From Williopsis jadinii (taxonomy: Eukaryota), in the NCBI GenBank assembly GCA_024346625.1, contig AP024665.1:1550001-1614000 (forward strand): DNA of 64,000 nt, given 5' to 3'. The position numbers and the translations under genes are program-made. Positions 1 to 13,114 of the stretch are shown here, piece by piece. Numbering within the stretch: position 1 is the first letter of the stretch; every line of letters begins with the position of its first letter. The notes under the pieces were generated by a model. That model was not told the origin of the DNA. It did no database searches and saw only the letters and a program-made list of their open reading frames with translations.

Positions 1-171
1 ATAGTTGGGAGAAGTTACATTACATTTTTGTGGGAGATTCCTCTTGACGGAATCAATTGGAGTTGTTTGCTTTTTGGTTTGTTGTTCTGTTGATTGTACT
101 TTATTATCTTGAATATACACATATTCGCCTCATGACGTTCGTGATTATTCAGCAACTCCGTAGCTAGTTGA

Positions 172-2082
172 TTAATTGTTACCCATCTTGTTCATTTCAA
201 CTCTCACTTTGGATTCAAACCATCTATCCAGTCCATCCCTTGGAACTGCGACACAGTCCTTTATCTGGAAAAGGCACTTGTCTATTTTGATGAACTCAAC
301 GTTATTGTTAACAGAGGCAATCTCGCTGGCCACGTGACGAACCCTTAACCAGTCATCAAGGACACCGTTGTGCACCACCTGTAATCCCATATGAGGAGCA
401 CCACCGGCACTAGATCCATATAACACAACGTATTTCAATTTTGGTAATTCTGACAATAGCAACGTGGCATATGGCTGGAGAGAGTATCCATGGACTCTTA
501 GGGACTCAAGGTTAGACAAGGCACTCAGTTTCATTAACACTGCCGTGTCGAATTGCTTGTCCAGCTCGCAAAATACAGAGTCCTCCTTCGCCTCCAGAGA
601 CAGTTTCCTCAAGGTTCCCGAATGCTTCAATATGGCAGTGATGTAGGCATTGCACAGCGTAACCCATGAATCCACAGAGCACAGCTTAGTTAAGTTCCAC
701 CTAATTGTAACATCGAGCTCTTCCAATCTATTGAAGCTTTCTATGAAGGCTGGAACGGAGTCCCGAAGGCCTTCTCTATAGTCAATACGAAGTCTTGTCA
801 CGTTTTCCAATTGTCTGCCATCAAGAATCTTGAGAAATCCAGTATCCAACCTTCTTGCAAGATCATTCATAGATATTGGGACATTCACACCAGGTATATG
901 TTGAATCTCTGAAACGTTTTTCAACTCCAGCTGGTGTAATTGTTTCATATCGCACATTTGATGGAGTCGTGAAGCATCCTTGCAGCTAACGAGAACAGAG
1001 TCTAGACTTAGTACCTTCAGGTACTTCAATATGAAGTCAGCTTGTGAACATACTTCGCACATGTACTTTATCGTATCCAAGTCATAATCTGTCATTTTCA
1101 TTTGCTCATTTTCAATAATGAATTGCGTTAGCACTAGCATTGATGAAGGGATGTTCTTGTTGAAGCCATGTAAGGAGTCATGCATCGATAATTGAAGGCT
1201 CTCCAGCTTATATATGGACTGAACATTACCATCTTTGACCAGATTGAGAAATATATACTTCAAGTTCCTGGATTTCAAGAGCTGTACTAGTGATAAATGC
1301 TCCAAATTGTTGAACTGTGCAAATGACTCAAATGCAGAGGGAGATCTCACAGCTTTCAGGTCCACTCTCGTCCTAAGAGATTTGAGATTAGCCTTGTTGG
1401 GTATCCTGTCAATCATCCTGAGTGTAAGTTCGGTCTGTGACCCCCAGTATAGACTTCTCAAGTTAGTCAACTTGAGCATTGATCTCATCAGAACAGTGAG
1501 GTCTGTGTGTATATCAAAGCTATCAGGCAGCTCAATGACCTGTAAGCTGTTTACATATGAAGCATACTGTGTACACTTCTCAATGCCCTTCTCAGGTGTC
1601 CCAACACTTGTCGCCTTCTCAACAGTCTTACAGAACGTCTTCAAACTGTACCTCGTCTTTATGTACGATGCGCGATAAGCTGTTGATAGATGCGCAGAGA
1701 GTATATCCATGTTAAAATAGGAATATGATGGATCAACTATGATCTCAGCATACAGGCGTATCACAGCAACCTGATAAAATGCCCTGTTGACCAGCATCAA
1801 GCTCAACGTATCGTACTGCGATAATTCATTGACGATGAGCAACCGTATCTCAAACGGCAGCTTATCTATGGAGCTTGGGTAAACCGACATATGTGAAGTG
1901 GACTCAGGTATGGTTCGAGGTATGCAGCTGTACTGACCTTCTATCTCGTTGTCTGAACGGTTCGATAGTGAAGATACAAAGGGAAGTATGTTTGATACCT
2001 GATCAGTTGATGTTATCAGTTCCTGTTGTGCTTGAATAGGCTTACGATGTGTTGATCTTTGGTATTCAAACTTGTAAGACAT
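172..2082 (-). CDS. F-box protein with LRR-like C-terminal region (putative SCF substrate adaptor)
   Basis: Long ORF; first ATG at 2082 (MSYKFEYQ; the track starts at a non-ATG codon). F-box-like motif IDKLPFEIRLLIVNELSQYDTLSLMLVNRAFYQVAVIRLY followed by LxxLxL repeats (LTNLRSLYW, LKYLKVLSL, LSNLESLRV). Confidence 0.75.
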   Translation of the reverse strand: MSYKFEYQRSTHRKPIQAQQELITSTDQVSNILPFVSSLSNRSDNEIEGQYSCIPRTIPESTSHMSVYPSSIDKLPFEIRLLIVNELSQYDTLSLMLVNRAFYQVAVIRLYAEIIVDPSYSYFNMDILSAHLSTAYRASYIKTRYSLKTFCKTVEKATSVGTPEKGIEKCTQYASYVNSLQVIELPDSFDIHTDLTVLMRSMLKLTNLRSLYWGSQTELTLRMIDRIPNKANLKSLRTRVDLKAVRSPSAFESFAQFNNLEHLSLVQLLKSRNLKYIFLNLVKDGNVQSIYKLESLQLSMHDSLHGFNKNIPSSMLVLTQFIIENEQMKMTDYDLDTIKYMCEVCSQADFILKYLKVLSLDSVLVSCKDASRLHQMCDMKQLHQLELKNVSEIQHIPGVNVPISMNDLARRLDTGFLKILDGRQLENVTRLRIDYREGLRDSVPAFIESFNRLEELDVTIRWNLTKLCSVDSWVTLCNAYITAILKHSGTLRKLSLEAKEDSVFCELDKQFDTAVLMKLSALSNLESLRVHGYSLQPYATLLLSELPKLKYVVLYGSSAGGAPHMGLQVVHNGVLDDWLRVRHVASEIASVNNNVEFIKIDKCLFQIKDCVAVPRDGLDRWFESKVRVEMNKMGNN

Positions 2083-2833
2083 CGCTCCCGGGTCCCCCAC
2101 ACTGTGAGCCAGTGTATGATAACCTCTGGAAAGGCTGAAATGTAACAAGAAAGGGTGTTATTTCTCAGAAAGAGGTGTCAATATTAGAAGTGTTTCAAGA
2201 TGTATATACTGGCTTCTTGGTGTATTATTCAATATCGGTATGCGCAACATAGTCCGATACGGAAAAGCCATAGCAACACAAAGTGGCGTGTAATGGTGGA
2301 GAGATTAATCTATGTAGGAGTTCAATCTTCACTAACTGCTTCTACACCGCGTAGTGTGTGGAATGTGGAATGTGTGATGGGCTGAAAAGAAATTGAACGG
2401 TTAGTAGAGTGTATGGATGGACTGGGTAGGCAGTGCCGAGAACTATATAACGAGGGTTTAGCAGCTACACCCTGAAACAACAGTTGACTACGGATTATAT
2501 GGTTCTCAGGCCTCAGATTCAAGACCAATTCTCCCTGACAATCAGTTCTGACACCTCTCTCGTTATCGCACAGCACTGATATAGATCTATCGGAATTGTG
2601 AATCAGCAATGTCCTTCGACTAAGGCTACGTCATTAGACCTAAGCATCCATCACTAACTGACGATGGCTCCTTTGAGCTTCGAAAGCCCACGATAAACAT
2701 CAATTGATCCTCTCCGGCATATCAAAACTGCAAAGAAACAAGTACCATTTGTTATTCCTTGAAAGAACTCATCAAAATAGGCACAGTAGAAAGCGGAAAG
2801 AACGCCAAATCTCATGAATTTAAACTAGGGCGT

Positions 2834-2857
2834 CCCTTTTAGGAAAAACGTAAACAA
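2834..2857 (+). promoter_or_regulatory. Mcm1-Forkhead composite element (CLB2-cluster type) upstream of MYO1
   Basis: CCCTTTTAGGAAAAACGTAAACAA: a CC-N6-GG Mcm1 box followed by the GTAAACAA Fkh site, about 240 nt upstream of the MYO1 ATG. MYO1 is a known G2/M CLB2-cluster gene. Confidence 0.7.
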
Positions 2858-3088
2858 TGAATTCCGATGCTTTTTTGCGAAGTTTTGTTTACTTTTCGGA
2901 ACTCTCAAACATGGATCTGTTTTTGTTTTGATGGAATTTCATAAATACACAAACAAACCTGCTACACATTTTTGAAGAAGAAGCTTGTGAATCAATCTCT
3001 TGTGCTTCGTTGTTGTGGTTGTTGGTCTCCAGCTGAAGAATTACCGAACTTTTCTGAAGGTTGACGATTACCCAAGGCCCACTAAGAG

Positions 3089-6000
3089 ATGGAAACAACA
3101 AAGAACCTGGTTTGGGTTCCAGATAAGACTGAAGTCTTTAAGAAAGGATACGTTGTTGAGCCTGTTGGTGATGATAAGGTGAAAGTGCGGTTCGATGATG
3201 GCTCAGTAAGTGTCTCGCTGTTTTGCCCTCCTCCAGAGATGACCTTATGAGGTTATACTAACACCACACATAGGAACAAGTCATCGAGTCTAGCAGCATC
3301 GAGGAGGTTAACCCGGCCAAGTTCGACAAGGCAGATGACATTGCGGAGCTCACCTATTTGAACGAGCCTTCTGTTCTCTTCAACTTGGAGAAGAGATACG
3401 CAGACGACCTCGTCTACACTTATTCTGGTCTCTTCCTAGTGGCTATCAACCCTTACACTAGGCTTCCCATCTATTCCGACGACTACATCAACATGTATCA
3501 CGACGTGCCCAAGCCTGATACAAAACCACATATTTTTGCAGAGACAGAGGAAGCTTACCAGCTGTTGTTGGCGGAGAAGAAGGACCAGTCGATCTTGGTC
3601 ACTGGTGAGTCAGGTGCGGGTAAAACTGAAAACACCAAAAAAATCATTCAATACCTTGCTGCCATTACTTCTACGAATAAAGGCGAGCATTCCTTTGAGG
3701 AACAGATTCTTCAGGCAAATCCTATTTTGGAGTCCTTTGGAAATTCCCAGACGCTGCGAAATAATAACTCTTCGAGATTTGGTAAGTTCATCAAGATCGA
3801 ATTCGATTCAAAAGGTGCAATTGCCGGTGCTCGTATCGATTGGTACCTTCTTGAGAAGTCTAGAGTGGTGAAACATTCCTCTAATGAAAGAAACTATCAT
3901 ATATTTTATCAGTTACTTGCTGGTCTCTCTGATAAAGAACTCTCGCTTCTTGGGCTAGATAGGTCACCATCTACCTACAACTACTTGAAAGAGGGTAATT
4001 TCACTGTCCCGGGTGTGGATGATAAGAAGGAATTCGCCGGTTTGAAAAATGCTATGGATATCATGGGAATCGAAAAGGCCGTTTATTATGATGTTTTCAA
4101 GATAATGGCAGTGATCCTACACTTGGGTAACATTGAATTCACAAGCATGAGATCCGAACAGGCAAACTTCAAGAGTGAAACCGATATACTCTGTGGACTC
4201 TTAGGTGTTTCCAAGAATGACTTTGCAGATGCAATCTTGAGGCCAAAGGTTAAAGCTGGTAAGGAAATCATGAAACAATCGAGAAATGCCAGTGAAGCTA
4301 GATCTTCATTAGATGCATTGGCAAAATCGTTGTACGAAAAAGTATTCAAGTTCTTGGTTGATTATATCAACAAGAATTTGAATGACGATTCGAACGGTGT
4401 TAATTTCATCGGTGTTCTTGATATTGCAGGCTTTGAAATCTTCAAACAAAACTCTTTTGAACAGTTGTGTATCAACTATACCAATGAAAAATTGCAACAA
4501 TTCTTCAATCATCACATGTTCGTTCTGGAACAAAATGAATATCTAAAGGAGGACATTGATTGGAAGTTCATTGACTTTGGTCAAGATTTACAGGCAACTA
4601 TTGATCTGATTGAAAAGAAACCACTTGGTGTGCTCTCAATACTAGAAGAGGAATGTATCGTTCCCAAATCATCTGACACTACTTTCTTTGAAAAGTTAGA
4701 AAAGCATTGCAAGAACTCTAGTGAGAAGTTCAAACCTTCAAAGTTCTCAAACAAGTTTACTTTAAGACACTATGCTGGTGATGTTGAGTATACTATTGAT
4801 AAATGGATCGACAAGAATAAAGATCCATTATCAGATAGTATAGTCGAGATGATGTCATCTTCAAAGGACAAGTTTGTTTCCCAACTGTATCATGATGATC
4901 TTCATCAAAGAGGCTCATCGTTCAGAACCGTTTCTCAAAGACACAAGGAAGAGCTTGGGGAACTGTTGTCTTTACTATCCCAAACTCACCCTCATTTCGT
5001 CAGATGTATCATTCCAAACCACAAGAAGAAACCCCATATCTTCGACAAGAAATTGGTCTTAGATCAACTAAAGTGTAATGGTGTTTTGGAAGGTATCAGA
5101 ATTGTCCGTTCGGGCTTTCCTAACAGAATCTTCTTCAAGGAGTTTTATGATAGATACAAAGTCCTAACAAGTGCAAGCTTTGGCTCCCATATAAAGGAAA
5201 ACTGTGAGATCATCCTCAAGTCATTGAAACTAGATAGTGAAATTTACAAGGTTGGTTCAACAAAGATCTTTTTTAAAGCTGGTGTTCTAGCTGAACTTGA
5301 ACTTAAGAGAGATTTGCAGATCAAGATGACTATGACCAACTTTAAGGCCATAGCCAGAGGCGTTCTCAAGAGAAGATCAATCAATGCAGCATTGAAGAAG
5401 GTTCAAGCTTCTTTGGTATTGATGAAGTCATTCAAAATCTATAACCAATTGAGCAAAAATCCGTGGTTCATGCTCTATTCTGACCTGAAGCCACTCCTAA
5501 GTTCATCACAGCAGGTTCTGAGAGCAAAGAATTTGCATGATAAGATCATTTCTTTGGAGAAAGAGCTTACTGATGTTCAGGCTGAAAAACTTGAGCTGTC
5601 ATCGAAGCACATGTCGATTGTAGAAGAGCTCTCAACTGTTCAGTCTACACTGGATAGCGAATCTCAATCTTTGAAGGATAAATTGGTTGAACTCGAAACA
5701 TCCCACGCTCGTTCAAAGGAGATACAGCTTGAGTTAGACAATTGCTTGGAAACTATCAAAGATCTCGAGGCAAAACGTGATGAACTTCAACTCTCTAACA
5801 ACGAAATGGCCTCAAAGATGGCTGATTTTGCTACTCAATTGTCAACATCCAAACAAGCTGTTGAGTGTTTGGAAAATGAAAAGTCTACTCTGGAAAATAA
5901 AGTCAAGACTCTTGAAGAATCTGTTCAGAAGAGTCGGGCTGTTCAGAAAACTCATAATGAAATTGCGGACAGGATTAAAGAGGAGATCAAGTCATTGAGG

Positions 6001-8790
6001 GTATTCTTGAAGGACAAGGAAGCTCGAATCAAAGAGCTGGAAGATAAACTGGCCACATCGAAACAAGAGTTTGATACCAAGTTTTCTGCATTGAATTCCA
6101 GCTATTCCGTGGTCAAAAAATCTGTTCAGATGCTTCGTGATGAGAAAGAATTACTCGAAGAGAAAATCAAGTCGATACAAGCAACTGCTTCACAACACAA
6201 TTCTGTATTGAGAACAAAGGATACTGAAATAGAAAGATTGAGATCACAATTGACCAAAGAGCAGTCTAAATCAGTTTCTTTTGAGTCTGAGCGTAAGAAA
6301 TTAGAACTTGAGCGTTCCAGATTGGACAATATTAAGGATGAGCTTATAGATTTGAGGGCTAGACATAAGGATCTTGAACAAGATGCAAGTCAAGCTCGAG
6401 AACTTTTACAGAAGAAGATTGATGATGATATCAACTTTAATCGTGGCCGTCAACAGTATGACAACGATCTTGCTGCTTTGAAAGCAGAGATTCAACAACT
6501 GACATCTCAGTTGAGGGATGAAAGGTCTAAACAATTCGAATTGACCAAAAAATTAAGAGAAGTCCAAGATGAGAATGAAGAATTTAAGAGAAACAAGAAA
6601 GAGGCGGGTATCAGAACTGCAGAAGGAGCCTTCCGTTCAAGATCCTTGAACTCACATTTTGATGAAGATTCAGTGCGTAAAAACACTGACAGAGAAGCGT
6701 TGATCAGAGAATATGCCAGTATGAGACTGCAGCTCAATGAACAAAGTGCAATGTTGAAAAAAGAGACTATTGATAACAACAAGCTCAAAACTGAGGTAAA
6801 GCTGCTACATGCTCGTTTGGCTTCTGAGACTTTCGACAATCAACAGTTCAAGATTCAAATTAAGAAACTCAGAAATGCGTATGGCACTGGAGAGTCACCA
6901 ATTCTCGGTGATGAATCTTATGACCGCTTACTTGATTCCAACGAGAAGCTCAAGCATAAGGTTCAGAAGTTGAAGGTAGAACTCGACATTGAACGCAAAG
7001 TGTCCCAAAAATTGAAATCAGGATCTGAGATTCAGAAGCATATTCTGAAGGACCGCAATAGTCCAAGCCCTTCTTTGGCCTTGTCAAATGATTTTGACTC
7101 GCATAAGGCTAAATATGAAGCAAGTCTAGCGAGAATCAGGCTTTTGGAGAGAGAATTAGCAGCTAGAAAGTCTGCACCTACTCCACCTCAACACGACGAA
7201 GACTTACTCGAGGTTTACCAAGAAACCTCTAGAAAGTTCAACAGCGCTCGTCATGAACTTGGTAGATTTAAGTCCCAGGTTGAATTTTTGCAAAACGAAC
7301 TTGAGAGATCCAAGAAGGAAATACATGACCTGAAATCTAAGGACAGTGATTCCATTTCAAGTCACATAGCACGTGAGGAATTGGCAAAAGTCAGACTCAA
7401 GTTGCAAGCCTTCGAAAGTAAGAATTCAGATCTTTCAAAGAGTGTGAAGCTTTACAAGTCTAGAGCTGAGGAGTACTTTAACAAGTTGGAGGATGCAGAA
7501 GCATCTGTAAGAAACTCAAAATTCCAAGAGAAGTTCTGTAAAGAGCAATACAATGAGTCAGTTCTTGAAATTGAGAGACTCAAAAAGCTCTATGCGAAGA
7601 TGGAAACTGTTACAATGAAGCTGAATGCATCTATTAGTCAATTGAAAAGCTCATTAGAAGCTAAGGACTCTGAACTTTCCAAACTAGAGACTTCGAACAC
7701 GATGTTGAAGGAAGAGATTCAGCAGTATCATGAACGTCTTTTCCGTACCTCTGCTCGTGAGAAGAACAAACTAGAGGATCAATTGGAACAGAAAGAACAG
7801 GATATTGCACGAGCATTGAGAACTGAAACTGAACTTCGTAAGAACATTGGTGCCCTTGAAGTTGATCTTGATCGTTTGCAGAGTCAAAAGAGTCAAGAAG
7901 TTAGTAAATTGACAAAACAAAAGAATCACTATGCAGATTTGTCAAAAGACTTACAAGAGGAGAATGAGTGTATCAAGAATTCCCAAAAGGATTTGGAGGT
8001 GAAGCTGCGCTCATTGATGAAGCAAATTGGTACTTTGAATGAGTCTGTTGATTCCTTAATCATTGAACGTGATTCTCTTGATGCAGATAAGAAGAGGTTG
8101 GAAGAACAAGTGAAGAATATGAGTGGTGAATACGCTAAATTCTCTAATGAGCGCGAGCTTTCTCGTCAAGCTCAAGACTCTTTGAAAGAAACTATTGCAA
8201 AGCACCAACGTGAAATTGAGTCTTTGAATGCACAACACAAGAAATTGATCTCTGTCCATAACAACCTGGAAGTATTGATTGACGATGAGAAGCAAAAGAA
8301 TGTTGTACTTGTTGAAGAGAACCAAAGTCTCGGAAAGTTCACGGAGACCTTGAAGAGCAGAATCTCAGAATTGGAAGAGAAGCTGAACTCCCAAAACGAC
8401 GATATCTGGATTGAAAGATTGGATCAGGTGGAAAAGAGGCTCAACGAGGAGACGAATGAAAAGCATAATCATTTGAAGAATTTGAAAACAGTTACTCGTC
8501 AAGCCGAAGAGTTGAAGAGTCAAGTTGATAGACAAGCAAAGACCATTAGTGCTTTTGACGAAGAGAGATCAAAGTACAAGTCTAAGATCAACGAATTATT
8601 CAACGCCATCCAAAAGTGGCAAGCTGCTGATTCTACTTCTAAGATAAACTTCAGAAGAGCTGAGAGAGAGATCAAGCATCTCAATGAGCAAACTGAAACG
8701 TTAACAAAAGAGGTTAATGTTTGGAGGGAAAAATTTGAAACGTTGAGCTCAAGGAAGCAATCCATGCCAACTGATGAACTTTTCGTCTAA
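3089..8790 (+). CDS. MYO1: Type II myosin heavy chain; exons 3089-3205 and 3274-8790
   Basis: GESGAGKT P-loop, NNNSSRFGK and DIAGFE motifs, long coiled-coil tail. Intron 3206-3273 (GTAAGT...TACTAAC...TAG) joins METTKNLVWVPD...FDDGS in frame to EQVIE...NPAKFDKADDIAELTYLNEPSV. Confidence 0.95.
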
Positions 8791-8904
8791 ACGATGTACA
8801 TTATTAATACATGAAATACCCAGCATTAGCTGTTGTAGTTTTTATCACTTTTTAAAATATATACAAGTTATAGAAAAGACAGCCATTGATGTGAATACCA
8901 GCGT

Positions 8905-10427
8905 TCAAAACCATTTTCTATTAGACTTTTGTTGAACTTGTTCTGGTTCAAACTTCCCCAATCCATAAGCCTTGATGACACCATCAACGTCGCCAAAGTG
9001 TTCTCTTTCACCTTGAATGACAACTGTTGGTTTTCCAGTTCCCTTGCCTGCGTTGTTGGCATTTCCCGTCAAGACTCTCTCTGCAACTCTTCTAATATCA
9101 TCGGACGTCAATTGTTCAATCTTTTCAACCATCTCCTCCACTGGGACACGTTTACCTCTAACTTGCATCTGGCGTCCCAGATCCTCTAATTCAACCATCT
9201 TTGATTCCAAATTCATCATCAACGACGAGCGTAATTGGTTCTTTGCCCTATTGACTTCGTTGTCGTTCAGCCCACCAGAGCTCTTGTCAAAAGTCTGAGC
9301 CAATTGTCTACAGATCACCTCTGCCAAATATGGAGCAGCCTGTGGAATACAAGAGGCAGAGATTCCAAATAGTCCGGAGTCCTCATATGAATGGTTAAAG
9401 GATATGCAACTCTCAATGTAATAGAACTGGTTCAACACCTGGGTATATAAACGAGAGTACATCCCCTTACCAGGACCACCAGCAGAGAAGGAACCACCAC
9501 CACCTAATAACGTCTGCAATGTTGCCAGTGCATAGACATCTGGGTCATCAAATGGTAAACCCTCGAATGCTATGTACAAATGTACCAACTCTGGCAGATT
9601 GCCCATTGGTGGTGGTGCTGGGATGCTGATCTCACCCCCTGTATAATGAGCCACACGAGGTTTCACCTTTGGTGAAGTCTGTTCCATATCACCAAGATAC
9701 TTCTCTGTCAGCTCAACGGCTCTTTCATGAGGAACACCTACAAATGCTGCAACTATTGATTCTGGTTGGTACAGCGTGTTACGGTATTGCATTATATCGT
9801 CACGTGCGATGTGTGGTAACAGATCTGCCGGGCACAACAAAGGAGCACCCAATGTTTCACCACCATAAGCTGCGCTGTGTAGCAGTTCAGGCAGGATCAG
9901 CTCAGGTTTCATCCAGATCTCATCAATCTCGTACTGTGCTGTGAGCTTCTGCTCCTCCAACTCTTCCTGTGTGATTCTTGGGCATTTGACTGTCTCTGAC
10001 ATGAGTTGGAACATCTTCTCGACGTCATTGTTGAACACTGAAGCCTGGTACATCATCGATTCTCTCGAAGATGCACACAGGTAGTTCCCTCCCAATAGCT
10101 CCAGAGTCTCCAACATCTGTGTCCCAGACGTCTTCTCCGTTGATTTGAAAGATAACCGGTCAACGAGATGGCTCAGTCCTTTCAGCTTACCAGCTTCGTA
10201 TCTCGACCCAGCATCCACGTACAGCCCCAGTGCAGAGAAGTGGCCTGGTGTCTGTATAGTGGCCACTCTGAGCCCGTTGGATAACAACGATGAGTTGACT
10301 GCCTGGACATAAATGGTTGTTAGTGGGAACGGCTTGCCAGAAGAGTTGGCGAGTGCGAGGAACTTACATTCGATGCTGTGGCGTATGCTCTCTGTGCTCT
10401 AAGGCTCCTTAATCCGGCTCTAAGCAT
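8905..10427 (-). CDS. MAS2: Mitochondrial processing peptidase alpha subunit; exons 10427-10368 and 10302-8905
   Basis: M16 family with glycine-rich loop [20 protein letters not shown]. Intron 10367-10303 (GTAAGT...CACTAAC...CAG) adds an Arg-rich presequence [20 protein letters not shown] in frame. Confidence 0.95.
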
Positions 10428-10879
10428 CGCTTTCTCTCTATGTTTCACTGGGTGTTTGAAGCCTCCTTGGAACTGTCTCGAGAAGTTGGTTTCCATGGTT
10501 AATTCTGGGTAAAACCTGTAAAAAAAGAGAGGGCGCCGTCGTTGCGGGTGTGAAAGTGGTGTCTGGGTGTTTCAATTTCCGATAATGGGCCACATTCCGA
10601 TCCAGCTTCCGACTGCCCTGTTCTTTCCGATACAGTTTGCGAGAATGTGTTTTTTCCGAGACCATTTCCGACCATTCTGCTTTTTCCGGGTGTTTTTCTG
10701 CTCCGCGGTGTGTTTTCCGGTTGGGCCACACCGCTGCGACGACCAGCGGTACTAAATTTTTACATCACCACCAGTCGTCGGCCAAGTCATCCTTTCTTCT
10801 CTCATCTGCCTTCTCCCTCCACACATACAGACAAACACCGAGTTGTGTAACCAAGTTATTCGAGACTAACTTCGATACA

Positions 10880-11959
10880 ATGACTCGTCACTTCGTGATT
10901 AAGGTGCCGGCATCGTCTGCTAATATCGGGCCAGGTTTCGACGTTTTAGGTATAGGTTTATCTCTTTTCCTCGAGCTGGACGTCACCATCGACCCAAAGT
11001 TCGCCAGCGAGACAAACAACGATCCACATAACTGTGTGATCACGTACTCGGAGGACTCGGAGGGATTTGAGCATGTTCCATTGAAAGCTGATGAGAATCT
11101 GATCACGAGAACTGCTCTGTACGTGTTGCGTTGTAACGACATTAGGGAATTCCCAATAGGTACAAAGATCCATATTAAGAACCCAATCCCATTGGGAAGA
11201 GGTTTAGGATCCTCAGGTGCAGCTGTTGTCGGTGGTGCGATGCTTGGTAACGAGATTGGTAAGCTTGGGTTCTCCAAAGAGAGAATCCTGGACTACTGTC
11301 TCATGATTGAACGTCATCCAGATAACATCACCGCTGCGATGATGGGAGGATTTGTGGGCTCATACCTGCGTGACTTGAGCGCTGCTGATATGGAGAGAAA
11401 GGAGATCCCACTGTCAGAAGTGCTACCAGAACCTGCTGGTGGCCACAACACCGGGTTGGCTCCGCCAATCCCCCCACATGACATTGGCCGTCACATCAAG
11501 TACGACTGGTGTAAACAGGTCAAGTGTGTCGCAATCATCCCAGATTTCGAGGTCTCAACGGCTTCCTCCCGTGGTGTCCTACCAACGGCTTACACTGCTA
11601 AGGACATGATCTTCAACTTGCAAAGACTAGCGGTGCTGACTACTGCCTTGACAAGATCACCACCAGATCCGGAACTCATTTACCCGGCAATGCAAGACAG
11701 GGTGCACCAGCCTTACAGAAAGACCTTGATCCCTGGACTTACTGAGATCTTGTCCTCTGTTACACCAAAGACCCACCCTGGATTGCTGGGTATCTGTCTC
11801 TCAGGAGCAGGCCCAACCATCCTGGCTTTGGCTACTGAGAACTTTGAAGAGATTGCCAACGAGATCATCAACAGATTCGCAAAGGAGAAGATCACGTGTC
11901 GCTGGAAATTGTTAGAGCCTGCGTATGAAGGTGCCACCGTTGAAGAGCTCGATAACTAG
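10880..11959 (+). CDS. THR1: Homoserine kinase
   Basis: KVPASSANIGPGFD, GHMP motif PLGRGLGSSGAA, HPDN and LSGAGPT. First ATG is at 10880. Confidence 0.95.
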   Translation: MTRHFVIKVPASSANIGPGFDVLGIGLSLFLELDVTIDPKFASETNNDPHNCVITYSEDSEGFEHVPLKADENLITRTALYVLRCNDIREFPIGTKIHIKNPIPLGRGLGSSGAAVVGGAMLGNEIGKLGFSKERILDYCLMIERHPDNITAAMMGGFVGSYLRDLSAADMERKEIPLSEVLPEPAGGHNTGLAPPIPPHDIGRHIKYDWCKQVKCVAIIPDFEVSTASSRGVLPTAYTAKDMIFNLQRLAVLTTALTRSPPDPELIYPAMQDRVHQPYRKTLIPGLTEILSSVTPKTHPGLLGICLSGAGPTILALATENFEEIANEIINRFAKEKITCRWKLLEPAYEGATVEELDN

Positions 11960-12235
11960 ATACTGTGTACGTATATAGCAGAAGACAAAGAGTTAGACTA
12001 GTAATAGTGACCAGCAATAGTGACACATAACTTATGATTACTGTGTTAGGAAGTCTACCGAATTAGGCCAATTCCCCGATTCGTACATTTCCTCTTCTTT
12101 TTCTTTTTTCGCCTATTTACACTTTTTTTGTCCATCTCGCAAAGGCAGCCAACGAAACCCCCTTTAAAAAGCTCTCTCTCTTTCTTGTTCTTCTTCAACA
12201 CCAACTCCCATACTCACACATAGGACAGGTACAAC

Positions 12236-12920
12236 ATGAGTGATATGGACATCCAGTTGCCCTCTGTTAAGGCCTCTTTCAATTCCCTCGTGGCTGCGAT
12301 TGCCGTGGCGTACGGTGGATGTGAGTGCTACTGTTTTCGAAAGCCAATATTGGTGCTTTAAACTAACCACCGTGTATACAGATATACTCTTTACAGGACA
12401 AGGTGAGACGTTCAACTTTGGTGAGTTCTTGGAGACCACGTCGCCGTACCTCTGGGCGAATTTGGGGATTGCATCGTGTATTGGATTCTCGGTTGTTGGT
12501 GCTGCCTGGGGTATCTTTATCACAGGTGCCTCCATCATCGGTGCTGGTGTCCGTGCACCACGTATCACAACGAAAAACCTGATCAGCATCATCTTTTGTG
12601 AAGTTGTTGCCATCTATGGGCTGATCACAGCCATTGTGTTCTCCTCGAAGCTTACCAACGCCACTGCCGACACGTTATATTCGAATTCAAACTTGTACAC
12701 GGGTTATTCCCTTTTCTGGGCTGGTTTAACCGTTGGCTTGAGTAATATGATTTGCGGTATCGCTGTTGGTATCACAGGCGCTACAGCTGCAGTGTCAGAC
12801 GCTGCTGACTCCTCACTCTTTGTCAAGATCCTCGTTGTGGAGATCTTTGGCTCTGTCTTGGGACTCTTTGGGTTGATTGTGGGTCTCTTGATGGCTACAA
12901 AGGCCCAGGACTTCAAATAA
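12236..12920 (+). CDS. VMA16: V-ATPase V0 proteolipid subunit c''; exons 12236-12320 and 12382-12920
   Basis: [22 protein letters not shown] motif. Intron 12321-12381 (GTGAGT...AACTAAC...CAG) gives in-frame [37 protein letters not shown]. Confidence 0.93.
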
Positions 12921-13114
12921 GGGTATAGCCCATATGAGGGACGATCCATAATGATACAAAACATAGAGCACGAATGGAGAGTAATTGAAAAAGGGGATCT
13001 CATCCTGTAAAAGTTGAATTGATATTTCTCGGTGTAGAGAATGAACGTAACAACAATGTACAGGACACTTACATTTTCTTTCTATACAGAGCGACAATAA
13101 CTAAAGCTCGCACC

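Noticed and set aside
10637..10879. N-terminal extensions in the ORF track for THR1, and likewise 38708, 49369, 34656, 56908, 53027 and 2148
   Set aside because: They start at non-ATG codons and run through promoter-like sequence; homology or signal peptides begin at the downstream ATG.
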